Assembly (NCBI GenBank): GCA_963710605.1
Contig: CAVQBA010000002.1
Span: 96,001-160,000, forward strand
Length of the DNA stretch: 64,000 bases
Source: an uncultured cyanobacterium
GTDB taxonomy: Bacteria; Cyanobacteriota; Cyanobacteriia; Cyanobacteriales; Cyanobacteriaceae
Reading direction: 5' to 3'
In this document: piece after piece, positions 11,213-21,530 of the stretch
Layout: each line of letters begins with the position of its first letter
Numbering within the stretch: position 1 is the stretch's first letter
Program-made: the position numbers and the translations under genes
Notes under the pieces: model-generated
Told to the model about the DNA's origin: nothing
Seen by the model: only the letters and a program-made list of their open reading frames with translations
The model's database searches: none

Positions 11213-12112
11213 ATGATACAGCCGATCGGTTTTACTCAGCACTCTGTAGCTACTAGTTTAGGGAAAATGGTCTATTATACAAATGACCAAGCACCTTGGG
11301 TAGTAAACAATACATTACCAACTACTAAAGAAAAATTAATCTTTTTACATGGCTTTGGTGGTGGCTCGTCTGCTTATGAATGGTCTCAAGTATATCCTGC
11401 TTTTGCTACAGAATATGAAATTATCGCTCCTGATTTAATTGGTTGGGGCGATTCAGCTCATCCTCAACGTAGTTATAAAATTGATGATTATCTTGATACT
11501 ATCACTGAGTTTTTAGATGCGGTAACTGACGAACCAACTACGATTATTGCATCATCTCTGACTGCCGCTTTTCTGATTCGGGTAGCAATTTTACGCCCTG
11601 AGTTATGTAAATCTTTGATTTTGACGACTCCTGCTGGTTTGTCTGATTTTGATCAAGATTATACTCGTAGCTTTTTTGCTCAATTAGTTAGTACTCCAGT
11701 TCTTGATAATGTTATTTACAAAGTAGGAATTGCTAATGAGTCAGGTATTCGTAGTTTTCTAGAACAAAGACAATTTGCTAGTCCCGATCGTGTCTATCCT
11801 GAAATAGTAAAGGCATATTTAGCTTCATCGCAACGAGAAAATGCTGAATATAGTGCTTTGGCTTTTGTCAGGGGAGATTTGTGTTTTGATTTGGCTAATT
11901 ATGTTTCTCAACTAATTACACCAACGGCAATTATTTGGGGCAGAAAGTCGCAATTTACTAGCCCAGAAATTGGTCAACGTTTAGCTCAAATGAATCCTTC
12001 AGCGATTAGAAGTTTTGAGGTAGTAGAAGAAGTTGGTTTGACTCCACATTTAGAACGCCCTGCACTGACAATTGGTTTGATTCATCGCTTTTTAAATGAA
12101 CTTAATTCATAG
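11213..12112 (+). CDS. Alpha/beta fold hydrolase
   Basis: FLHGFGGGSSAYEW and APDLIGWGDS. Confidence 0.85.
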   Translation: MIQPIGFTQHSVATSLGKMVYYTNDQAPWVVNNTLPTTKEKLIFLHGFGGGSSAYEWSQVYPAFATEYEIIAPDLIGWGDSAHPQRSYKIDDYLDTITEFLDAVTDEPTTIIASSLTAAFLIRVAILRPELCKSLILTTPAGLSDFDQDYTRSFFAQLVSTPVLDNVIYKVGIANESGIRSFLEQRQFASPDRVYPEIVKAYLASSQRENAEYSALAFVRGDLCFDLANYVSQLITPTAIIWGRKSQFTSPEIGQRLAQMNPSAIRSFEVVEEVGLTPHLERPALTIGLIHRFLNELNS

Positions 12113-12180
12113 ACACTAACAATTTTATTTATCTTGATTGATAATTTTTTATTCTATCTAAGTCACGATCGTATTCGTCA

Positions 12181-12483
12181 TTAATCACCAGTACTTTGAT
12201 TATCGATTCCCTTTTCTGTATTTTCTTTTCTCTGTTGTTTGTTTTTAGCGATCGCTTCTATAAGTGTAGATGGTACAGGATCATATCCTCCTTGGCAAAA
12301 AGGATGACAACGTAATATTCTTTTGAGAGCTAAATAAGTACCCGTGATAACACCAAAACGATCGATCGCAACATAAGCATATTGAGAACAAGTTGGCTCA
12401 AATCGACAACTAGGAGGAAAAAGTGGCGAAATATAATTGCGATAGCAAGTAAGTAGATAAAGTAAAACTTTCTTGAGAATCAT
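12181..12483 (-). CDS. yidD: Membrane protein insertion efficiency factor
   Basis: [19 protein letters not shown] and [18 protein letters not shown] at 12483 preferred. Confidence 0.92.
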   Translation of the reverse strand: MILKKVLLYLLTCYRNYISPLFPPSCRFEPTCSQYAYVAIDRFGVITGTYLALKRILRCHPFCQGGYDPVPSTLIEAIAKNKQQRKENTEKGIDNQSTGD

Positions 12484-12898
12484 TATTAATAAGTAATGTT
12501 TGAGTTGGTTGATTTTTTGTGAGAAACTGTTACATACAATACTTTTTATCAATTTTGATTGGTTTTGAATCTCGATAACCAAAATTATAAAAACAAAGAA
12601 ATAAAAGATTATTCTGTGGATATTTACCTGTAATTAGTTACTATTATATTTTGACTATAATTACTATTATGGTTTGGCTATGATAACGAGTAAAGCTGGA
12701 TTTAAGCTCAAGTAGAAAATTAGATGTCCAAAATTAATTTTTGCTTAAATAAGTTTTTTAAAGGAGATTAAACACATCTTAACCTAAACCCTTTATCATA
12801 ATGTCTATGAGGTAAAAATATTTACTTAGTTACTTGAGAAATTATTGCTAGTAATTACTATTTGTGATAAAAGTAATTAAATGACTATTATATTAATT

Positions 12899-12907
12899 GT
12901 GTGAGGA
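12899..12907 (+). promoter_or_regulatory. Putative Yfr1 sRNA target site over the porin ribosome-binding region
   Basis: GTGTGAGGA just upstream of the porin start, complementary to the Yfr1 ACUCCUCACAC motif. Confidence 0.55.
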
Positions 12908-12916
12908 AAACAAAAA

Positions 12917-14516
12917 GTGTTTAATTTAGTCAATAAAAAATCAATTAAGGCATCTGCGATGATCGCTTTAGCGATCGCTGGTAATAGTTTAGTTATCGAA
13001 GCCGTTAAAGCAAACGAATCAGAGAATAATCAATTAACCTTAGAGCAGATTCAAGGTTATGATCAAAATCAATCAATGGATCAAGTAACAAGCGTTTCTC
13101 AACTTAGAGACGTTTCTCCTACTGATTGGGCTTATGAAGCATTAAGAAGTTTAGTCGAGCGTTACGGTTGTATTGTCGGTTATCCCGATCGTACCTTCAG
13201 AGGAAACCGAGCTTTAAGTCGTTACGAATTTGCCGCCGGTTTAAATGCTTGTATGCAACAGATGGAGCGTTTAATCGCAGGTAGCGAATCAGTATTAAGA
13301 GAAGATGTCGCTAAACTACAACGCTTAATCACCGAATTTGAAGCTGAATTAGCCGCCCTAGGTGCAAGAGTTGACAATATAGAAGGTAGAGTTGCATTTT
13401 TAGAAGATAATCAATTCTCTACAACTACTAAATTGTCAGGTGAAGTTATTCTCGCTGTAGCCGCAGGATGGTCAGATGATCAAGATGATGCTCAAACAAC
13501 TTTAAGCGATCGTGTCCGTTTAACTTTAGATACTAGTTTTACAGGTAATGACAGATTAAGAACTCGTTTAGCCGCAGGTAATATTGCCGAAATCCAAGAT
13601 CCATTAGGCACAAATATGGCTCGTTTAAACTTTTTACAGTTTACAGGGTTAAGCGGAAATGATGTCGAACTCGATCGACTTTATTACAGAACAAGTGTAG
13701 GTGACAACACTACTGTTTGGGTAGGTACAATTTTACCTCCTCAAGATATTTACGAAACCTTTAGCCCTTACACCCAAAGTAGCGGTACAGGTGCTTTGTC
13801 TCGTTTTGGTCGTTATAACCCCTTCATTTACCGTAGTGTAGCCGGTGCCGGTGGTGGTCTTAAATTTGATTTTAATGATACTTTTAATATTACTGCTAGT
13901 TATTTGGCAGGTAATGCAAACAATCCTAACGATGGTAATGGTTTGTTTGATGGTACATACAGTGCGGGTGTACAATTAGGTATTAGCCCTACAGACACGA
14001 TCGATCTAGGTTTATCTTATATGCGTAGCTATTTCACCCCTGGCGATGTCAATGTTAGTGGTAGTCTAACTAGTGGTGAATCGAGAAGACCTTTTGGTAA
14101 TAGTGTACCTACTACTACAGATAATTTTGGTGTTCAAGCTAGTTGGAAAGTTGCATCTAGACTTCATGTTGGAGGCTGGTTTGGTTATTCCTTTGCTGAA
14201 GCTCAAGAAAATATTAATGGTGATGACGATGCTGAATTACTCAGTTGGAGTGCTAATGTTTCGTTTCTTAGATTTACTTAAAGAAGGCTCAGTGGCAACT
14301 GTTATTGTTGGGCAAGCGCCTTTCTTGACTGGTGAAGTTGATGGTAATGGTGTTGCAGATGATCCAGAACGTAACTTTATCATCGAAGGTCAATATAGAT
14401 ATCCGATTACCGATAATATTTCAATCACTCCCGGTGTTTACGCTATTTTCAATCCTGAAAATGAAGATAGAGACACGATTATTGTTGGTGTGATTCGTAC
14501 TGTATTCAAATTCTAA
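12917..14516 (+). CDS. SLH-domain outer-membrane porin (cyanobacterial OprB/Som type), frameshifted near 14275
   Basis: QVTSVSQLRDVSPTDWAYEALRSLVERYGC and FSTTTKLSGE; C-terminal YRYPITDNISITPG...IRTVFKF lies in the next frame. Confidence 0.9.
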
Positions 14517-14568
14517 TTTATTAGTATTGGTAAGAATTTCTAAGGTAATTACTTTTAAATAGTTAAAT

Positions 14569-14610
14569 AAAAGGGTGAGTCTAACTATAAATGTTGGGTT
14601 CGCCTTTTTT
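14569..14610 (+). terminator. Intrinsic terminator after the porin
   Basis: AAAGGGTGAGTCTAAC-loop-GTTGGGTTCGCCTTTTTT hairpin with G:U pairs and T-tract. Confidence 0.7.
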
Positions 14611-14718
14611 GATTGAAGAATATATTCTTGATTTTAAGTATAGTATTCATTCGCAAAAGTCGAAGTTTAAACTAAAACAATATACAAAAATTTATCTGTT
14701 TTTAAAATTCACTTTTTG

Positions 14719-14770
14719 AGTTCAATTTATTGAACGGTATTTATTAGCCTTGTAATTTATACCCAAGGCA
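14719..14770 (+). repeat. Dispersed ~50-bp double-hairpin repeat, copy 1
   Basis: AGTTCAATTTATTGAACG...TTAGCCTTGTAATTTATACCCAAGGC; related copies at 25956, 38386 and 49768. Confidence 0.65.
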
Positions 14771-14789
14771 ATTATTATACTCTTAACTC

Positions 14790-16373
14790 TTAACTCAATT
14801 GGGCAACGATCGCATTATTTAATAAAGTTTCATTAATTAACATATCTTCGACTGTAATTTTTAAATATCGATCGCTATCTACCTTAAACGATACCTTAAT
14901 TCGATCGTTTCCGGGTACGCCCAAAGGATTCAAATTGGCAATCGTTTTACCGGTCTCAGAATCATTCAAAACTTGTACTTTATTTGCCCCAAGCTCTATA
15001 CTACGAGTAATTAAACGATCGCCATCAAAATATACTTCTGTACTAATATTGTCTTCTCCTAATTCACCCATACTAATTCAATACTAGGTTGATTATCAGC
15101 AGAAGCACCTAAAATCAATTCTCGTGGTTGATTCATTGGGTATGGTTGCCCAGGGGGAATAATCGTATGCCAATCGTGACGATTTTCTCGACGATTCCAA
15201 TAACGAATACCGTAACTATGATAAAGAAAATCTTTGACTTCCAAACCTTGTTCTAATTTTAAAGCACCCATGGCAATTGCTTCAAAAGGTCGATCGCTTT
15301 TAATTTTTGATTCAGGAAAATAATTATTTAGCCATGACTTTACCGCAGGAATTTGCCCACCACCACCAACAAGCAATACGGCATCAATAAAATTAGGATT
15401 AACTCCATTACCTTGCCCTTGTTGTAAGACATTATTCATCAACGAGTCTAATTGCTCAAAAAATTGATTATCAGTTAAAATTTGCTCGAATGTATCTCTA
15501 TCTAACTGTAAATCATAGGTATCTAAATTAATGTCATCAAAAAATACTTCTTGAGCTTTTTCTTCACTTGAAAGTTTTATTTTTACCCTTTCACACAGAC
15601 GAGTGGTTAAAGTTGATTTGACGACATCTTGTTGAGTATGAAAATATTCTAATATCCAGTTGTCTAAATCGCTCCCACCTAGATTCGCACCTGCTTTACC
15701 CATTACTTTCGCTGACTTTAGGTTTTTGAGCTGAATTTTTGCCGAATAATTTGTCTCCCCATTTCAAGATAAATCCTTGAGCGGTTTGTGATTTACCCAT
15801 ATCTAATTCTACTAACGAAAAATCGATCGTACCGCCACCAAAATCAACTACTAAAATATGTTTATCTTCTTGTGTACCATAACCTAATGCCGCCGCCGTC
15901 GGCTCATCAATTATTCTAATTTGGGGAATATCCCATTTTTGGCAAACAGAATTTAACCAATAACGATAACTTTCAAAACTATCTACAGGCACAGTCAAAA
16001 TTAAAGAATCTTTTTCTTCACCTAAAAGAGGAATTATTTGTGAGAGAAACCATTCTCCTATCTGCTCAAAACTAATATTTTGTCCGTCTATTTCGGGTAA
16101 AAATCCTTGAATATCCGTACCGATACCACGTTTAAAATTATTGAAAAAACGATCGTCATCAGCAACGTCTAATCCTTTGTCTCTTACTGTCTGCCCAATC
16201 ACAATTTCTGGTTTACTCGCCGATTGTACGTATAATAAGCTCGGTATGACAGGAGGCATTTGCGGATTACGTTGGGCAATTGCTGGTAACTTGACAATTT
16301 CCGCTTCTTTAGTTGTGGGGTTGATACGGGTAATTACTGTATTGCTAGTACCAAAATCAATTGCGATCGTCAT
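14790..16373 (-). pseudogene. Hsp70/DnaK-like protein split by two frameshifts (~15700, ~15065)
   Basis: IAIDFGTSNT, IIDEPTAAALGY, VVDFGGGTID, LGGSDLD and LLVGGGGQIP spread over three abutting ORFs. Confidence 0.85.
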
Positions 16374-16488
16374 ATAAAAGTTAGTTGTTAGTTGAGATTA
16401 AATTAATAGTTAGTTGTCAATCGTGAATTATTGACTAAGTTTATTCTAAGTACAGATTTATCTTAATTATATAGCAAAGGGCAAGGGG

Positions 16489-16796
16489 CTTACCGCACCA
16501 CATTTTGATTTTGAGAACGAAAATAGACCATTTTAGAGGTATTTCAACTATGTTTATCAACCAAAAAGTAATACTTTCAATCGATCGAAATTATAAAAAA
16601 TATTAGTGATTAGAAAATAATCATTACCTAAATCAAGGACAATCGATAGTTAATTAAATATAGTCGTTGATTAATATTGATGACAAAATAGAAACCGAAA
16701 TAGATTGAAGTTACTTTTGAATAAGGTTTTTGACAGTTTAGAAATACATCGATCGCACCTTAATATAGTTTAATTATCATTGTGTGGTGCGGCAAG
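16489..16796. mobile_element. Non-autonomous MITE, 308 bp
   Basis: TIRs CTTACCGCACCACA / TGTGGTGCGGCAAG (13 of 14 match); 10-bp direct repeat GGGCAAGGGG at 16479-16488 and 16797-16806; no ORF inside. Confidence 0.8.
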
Positions 16797-16954
16797 GGGC
16801 AAGGGGCACTCGTGCACTCGTGCAAAGGTTATTTTTCGATAAATTCAAAAAAAGATAACTAACTAAAACAACATCATTTTTAGAGTAAGTCATTTTGCGT
16901 TACTACTTAAACGCTATCTAAAAATTTATTCAATAAAAGAGTCTTAGATAAAAA

Positions 16955-17311
16955 TTAACTAATAATAATCATAATTGAAATAGTTATCTTTTGCATTTCC
17001 TCTGTGGAGATAAAACCTATTTTTTTGATAAAACGTTGTAGATCTACTCCTCTTAATTGTAAAGTATCTATAGCAGAAGTTTTTGTTAATTTATTAGTTG
17101 AATTAGGTATGATTTTAACGTGCCAAGGATTTTGACTAAAGTAGTTTTTCCAATCGGTAATAGGGGCAATTAATTTTAATGGTAACTTACCGATAGCATC
17201 AGAATTAATCACAACCACAGGACGAATTTTTTTAATTTCTACTCCTAAAGTCGGTTCTAAATTAACTAACCAAATCTCTCCTTTTTTTGGCAATATTTTT
17301 TTAGTAGTCAA
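16955..17311 (-). CDS. PemK/MazF family toxin
   Basis: KGEIWLVNLEPTLGVEIKKIRPVVVI, APIT and QLRGVDLQRF. Confidence 0.92.
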   Translation of the reverse strand: MTTKKILPKKGEIWLVNLEPTLGVEIKKIRPVVVINSDAIGKLPLKLIAPITDWKNYFSQNPWHVKIIPNSTNKLTKTSAIDTLQLRGVDLQRFIKKIGFISTEEMQKITISIMIIIS

Positions 17312-17630
17312 TCAAATCTCCTCCGCTTAAATCGTGCCATTCCTGATTTTCTTGATAATGGGATAACATTTTTTCGGCACTTTCTCTTAAAATTTCAGCT
17401 CTTTCTTCTAAAGGGAGGTTTAAAATAGCTAATCTTTCTTGAATAGTTAAGTCTTTATCGTCTATATTAGCCGATCGATTTTGAGAATTAGATAAGCGTT
17501 GATATTCTTCTACTGATAGCATGATGGCAACCTTTCGCCCTTGTTTTTCAATAATGACTGGCTCTTGCCTTGCCCAATCTAATAGCATCCCAAATCGATT
17601 TTTGGCTTCAGAAGCAGTTAAACTTTTCAT
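17301..17630 (-). CDS. Phd/YefM family antitoxin with extended C-terminus
   Basis: TASEAKNRFGMLLD..RQEPVIIEKQGRKVAIMLSVEEY; overlaps the toxin start. Confidence 0.9.
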   Translation of the reverse strand: MKSLTASEAKNRFGMLLDWARQEPVIIEKQGRKVAIMLSVEEYQRLSNSQNRSANIDDKDLTIQERLAILNLPLEERAEILRESAEKMLSHYQENQEWHDLSGGDLIDY

Positions 17631-17711
17631 CGTTTTTTAATTCATATTTTGTCTATTTTAGCTAATTTAGTAATAGAATATGATAGTTAGCTAACAAAAT
17701 ATAGATACAGT

Positions 17712-18623
17712 GTGAGTAGTCTATTTCCTATCATCGAAATTCCCTTAAACGCCCCCGAAAATACGGAATATATGGGAACGAAAGAAAAATTTTGGTTTCA
17801 TCATTCAGAATTTGGTTTATGTCTTTATAAAAAAGCCAGAAAAAATACAGGTGAAGATTGGGCAGAAAAAATTACGGCGGAATTATGCAAATTAATCGGA
17901 TTACCATCGGCTGAATATGAATTAGCAATTTATGATAATCAAAAAGGTGTTTTATCTAAATCTTTTTTACCCAAAAAAGCTCGTTTGGTAACAGGAAATG
18001 AAATTTTAGCATCACAATTTCCTAATTATCCTCAGAATATCAATAATCCTTCTAATCACACTTTAGATAATATCTTCACTTCGTTTCAAAATTCATCGGT
18101 GAATTTACCAATTGACTGGCAACCATTAGACGGTATCAAAACAGCGATTGATGTATTTATTGGTTATTTACTTTTAGATGCTTGGATTGGTAACAGTGAC
18201 AGACATCACGAAAATTGGGCTTTTATTAATTTAGATGGAAAAGATTATTTAGCACCAACTTACGATCATGGTTCTAGTTTAGGACGAAATGAATCCGATC
18301 GAAAAAGAAAAGACAGATTGCAAACTAAAGATAAAGGTTATTCTGTCGAAGCATACACAAATAAGTGCTTATCTTGCTTATATAATAAAGTTGGAGACAA
18401 AAAACCATTTAAAACATTGTCTGCTTTTGATTATACCGCTAAAAAATATCCCCACTCAGCAAAAATATGGCTCAATAATTTGGCACAAATATCTGATGAT
18501 GATATTTCAAATTTGTGGCAACGTATTCCTAATAATTTTATCTCTTCAATTGCTATTGATTTTTCACAAGAAATATTAAAAATAAATAAAAATAAACTAT
18601 TAGACTTTGGTAATGATTTATGA
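17712..18623 (+). CDS. HipA-homologous Ser/Thr kinase
   Basis: GTKEKFW, LYK..GEDWAEK, DAWIGNSDRHHENW and LAPTYDHGSSLG. Confidence 0.85.
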   Translation: MSSLFPIIEIPLNAPENTEYMGTKEKFWFHHSEFGLCLYKKARKNTGEDWAEKITAELCKLIGLPSAEYELAIYDNQKGVLSKSFLPKKARLVTGNEILASQFPNYPQNINNPSNHTLDNIFTSFQNSSVNLPIDWQPLDGIKTAIDVFIGYLLLDAWIGNSDRHHENWAFINLDGKDYLAPTYDHGSSLGRNESDRKRKDRLQTKDKGYSVEAYTNKCLSCLYNKVGDKKPFKTLSAFDYTAKKYPHSAKIWLNNLAQISDDDISNLWQRIPNNFISSIAIDFSQEILKINKNKLLDFGNDL

Positions 18624-19378
18624 GTATCAAAAAATTATTTTTAACGTGGCAAAATCCAGAAACTTATGATTATTTTCCAATTGGGATGTTAACCAGTGAT
18701 GGTGAATATTATTATTTTACCTACACAAAAGGTGTCAAAAAAGCTCAACTGGAATCAAATTTTTATCTTTTACATTCTTTTCCTAAAATCGATCGTGTTT
18801 ATCAATCTAAAAACATTTTTCCTTTGTTTAAAAATCGCTTAATGCCTTCTTCTCGTCCAGATTATCCTCAGTATATTGAATGGCTTAATTTTTCTCAAAG
18901 CAATCCTAATTTTATGGATATTTTAGCTCGTAGTGAAGGACGAAAAGTGACGGATACATTTCAAGTTTTCCCTGAACCTGAAAATAATAATGGTTTTTTG
19001 AAAATTCATTTTTTTGCTCATGGTTTACGCTATATGCCAACATCAGCTCAAGATTATATTAGTAATTTAGAAACAAACATCCAGTTATTCGTCACTAAAG
19101 ATTGTCAAAATCAGTACGATTCTAATGCTTTATTACTAAAAACAAAAGAAAATCATAATTTAGGATATATTCCCCGATATTTAACCAAAAATATTGTTAA
19201 ACTTTTAGCAGTTAATTCTCAATCAGTGCGTGTTTGTGTCGAAAAAATTAATCCTGCCCCTACGCCAATTCAGCTTCGTTTATTATGTAATTTAACTGCA
19301 CCTTGGGATGAGAATTTTTTAAATGAAGAAGATTATCAACCGATTGTCGATTATTCTTTTTTGTTATCAACAACTTAA
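18620..19378 (+). CDS. HipS-like + HIRAN domain protein, putative antitoxin
   Basis: N-terminal PIGMLT..YYFTY..FPLFKNRLM; C-terminal FFAHGLRY..QNQYDSNAL..LGYIPRYL HIRAN motif; ATGA overlap with the kinase. Confidence 0.8.
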   Translation: MSIKKLFLTWQNPETYDYFPIGMLTSDGEYYYFTYTKGVKKAQLESNFYLLHSFPKIDRVYQSKNIFPLFKNRLMPSSRPDYPQYIEWLNFSQSNPNFMDILARSEGRKVTDTFQVFPEPENNNGFLKIHFFAHGLRYMPTSAQDYISNLETNIQLFVTKDCQNQYDSNALLLKTKENHNLGYIPRYLTKNIVKLLAVNSQSVRVCVEKINPAPTPIQLRLLCNLTAPWDENFLNEEDYQPIVDYSFLLSTT

Positions 19379-19577
19379 ACTCTAAACTAATCAAAATTTA
19401 ACTATCTGTAAACAAACCTAAAGAGCAAATAATTTGACTGTCTTTAACTTGCTTATAGTCATGTTTAATCGATAATAGATTATCTTCATGTAGAGATAAA
19501 AGCATATCTACTAATTGTTGGTCATTAATACTACTTCTAAGTTGACGATTTAATTTGACGATCGATTATCGCTCCTT

Positions 19578-20312
19578 TCAGAGGTTTCTTTTTTCAGGAA
19601 AACGATAGATACTAGTCACACCATCAAAAATAATTTTTCGATCAATAATATTAACACTATCTACTCTTAATTGAGTTCCATCTAAAGCAATTATATCTAA
19701 ATCAAGCAACTTATTAACATGATTAATAATCACTTTAGTTAGTTTTTGAGCTGGTTGAGTTTCAGGATAACTAACATTTACAAATTGAATTTTCTTCCTC
19801 TCTTCTAAGTCTAAATGAGTGTTAAAAGCTAAATCTACTTCTACGTTTTTTTGCTCATCAATGACAGATATTTTAATATTTAAAGATCGATCGTCATTGA
19901 TCAAAAGTTTGATATTCTTAAAGTCTAAATGAGTATTTTCGTCGTTAATTTTTTTTAGTTGTCGATTAATAAAAGACGTATTGAAACCTGTAGTCAAATC
20001 ATTTTCAGTAAATATAGCTCTCATCGTACCTTCAATCGGATGTCTGAGTTTTACTTGCCCTTGAAAAATACCACCAAAATCGATCGATACTGCTTGAAAA
20101 GATAATTGCATATGTTCGATACACAAACCATTGTACATCAAACATCGATCGCCAATGAGATCGAAACTATCAATACTCCCTTGCAGAAGTTTAACCCAAG
20201 GTTGTGCTTCAACTCGTGCTTCTAATTTCTGTGTCTGTTTAAATAAAGTATTAATAGCAGTTGTTACTACCTGACTAATTATTTTGTCTTTGCTATCTTC
20301 TCCAAAAAACAT
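19578..20312 (-). CDS. DUF2993/LmeA-like protein
   Basis: KLLQGSIDSF and FTENDLT..FN pattern. Confidence 0.65.
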   Translation of the reverse strand: MFFGEDSKDKIISQVVTTAINTLFKQTQKLEARVEAQPWVKLLQGSIDSFDLIGDRCLMYNGLCIEHMQLSFQAVSIDFGGIFQGQVKLRHPIEGTMRAIFTENDLTTGFNTSFINRQLKKINDENTHLDFKNIKLLINDDRSLNIKISVIDEQKNVEVDLAFNTHLDLEERKKIQFVNVSYPETQPAQKLTKVIINHVNKLLDLDIIALDGTQLRVDSVNIIDRKIIFDGVTSIYRFPEKRNL

Positions 20313-20473
20313 CTACTCTTTTCCCGATTACTCAGATTATTTTTAAAACGATCGTTTTGACCCTACATCAAGAAATATTTAGTTATATTAATAAATATTA
20401 AACCATTTTTTGGATTCTTTAATCTTTAAATAGAGTGATGCGAGGTTTAGTTATTTTGTGCTATTACTAAAAT

Positions 20474-21322
20474 ATGACTAACAAACTATACGAACAAATC
20501 GGTAATTTTTACGACAACTCCAGCCAGTTATGGGAAGAAACTTGGGGTGAGCATATGCACCATGGTTACTACGGTAAAAATGGAAATTATAAGCTAAATC
20601 GCCGTCAAGCTCAAATTAATCTCATCGAAGAGTTATTAGCCTACGCCCAACTTGATAACGTTGATAATTTTTTAGATGCCGGTTGTGGTATCGGTGGTAG
20701 TACTTTGTATTTATCTAATAAATTTAATGCTAATGGTATTGGGATTAGTTTGTCCCCATTTCAGGTATCTAGAGCCACAGAAAGGGCAATGGAAGCAAAT
20801 TTAACTGATAAAGCTCATTTTCTTAAAGCTAACGCCTTAGAAATGCCTTTTGAAGATAATAGTTTTGATTTAGTATGGAGTTTGGAAAGTGGCGAACATA
20901 TGCCAGATAAAACTAAATTTTTAGCTGAATGTTATCGTGTACTAAAACCCGGCGGTAAATTGATTTTAGCAACTTGGTGTCATCGATCGACGACTTCTTC
21001 AGCGGGGGAGTTAACCGAGGATGAAAAAGGTCATTTAAAGATGATTTACGATATGTATTATCTTCCTTATGTAATATCAATTCCTGAATACGAACAAATT
21101 GTTACTAATTGTGGTTTTAAGAATATTAAAGCAGATGATTGGTCGATCGCTGTTGCTCCTTTTTGGGATACTGTCATTGATTCAGCACTCAATCCTCAAG
21201 CAATTATTGGGCTATTTCAAGCAGGTTGGGAAACAATTGTCGGTGCTATGGCTGTGCCTTTAATGCGTAGTGGTTACGAAAGAGGGCTAATTAGATATGG
21301 AGTGGTTTGTGCTAGTAAATAG
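20474..21322 (+). CDS. Gamma-tocopherol methyltransferase (VTE4-like)
   Basis: FYD.SS.LWE..WGEHMHHGYY, LDAGCGIGGS, WSLESGEHMPDK and LATWCHR. Confidence 0.85.
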   Translation: MTNKLYEQIGNFYDNSSQLWEETWGEHMHHGYYGKNGNYKLNRRQAQINLIEELLAYAQLDNVDNFLDAGCGIGGSTLYLSNKFNANGIGISLSPFQVSRATERAMEANLTDKAHFLKANALEMPFEDNSFDLVWSLESGEHMPDKTKFLAECYRVLKPGGKLILATWCHRSTTSSAGELTEDEKGHLKMIYDMYYLPYVISIPEYEQIVTNCGFKNIKADDWSIAVAPFWDTVIDSALNPQAIIGLFQAGWETIVGAMAVPLMRSGYERGLIRYGVVCASK

Positions 21323-21324
21323 GT

Positions 21325-21370
21325 AATTAACAATTAACAATTAATAATTAATAATTAATAATTAGTAATT
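21325..21370. repeat. Heptamer tandem repeat (AATTAAC/AATTAAT)n
   Basis: Direct reading. Confidence 0.7.
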
Positions 21371-21530
21371 TACTCATTATTTGCATATCTATTTATGTAT
21401 TGATTTATCAAGAAAAAAAGAATAATTAAAATATAAATTTTCATCCCATAATTTTAAATGGAGGTAATTATAAATTATTTTATCTATTGTTTGATTAGCG
21501 TGGTGTTTGCTATCAGTTATTAATTTAAAG

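Noticed and set aside
13733-13975. Antisense ORF within the porin
   Set aside because: Short shadow ORF with no motif or RBS
16141-16377. Antisense ORF in the Hsp70-like gene
   Set aside because: Shadow of a conserved gene
18289-18579. Alternate-frame ORF inside the HipA-like kinase as a hidden antitoxin
   Set aside because: No recognisable motif, and a proper partner gene already follows
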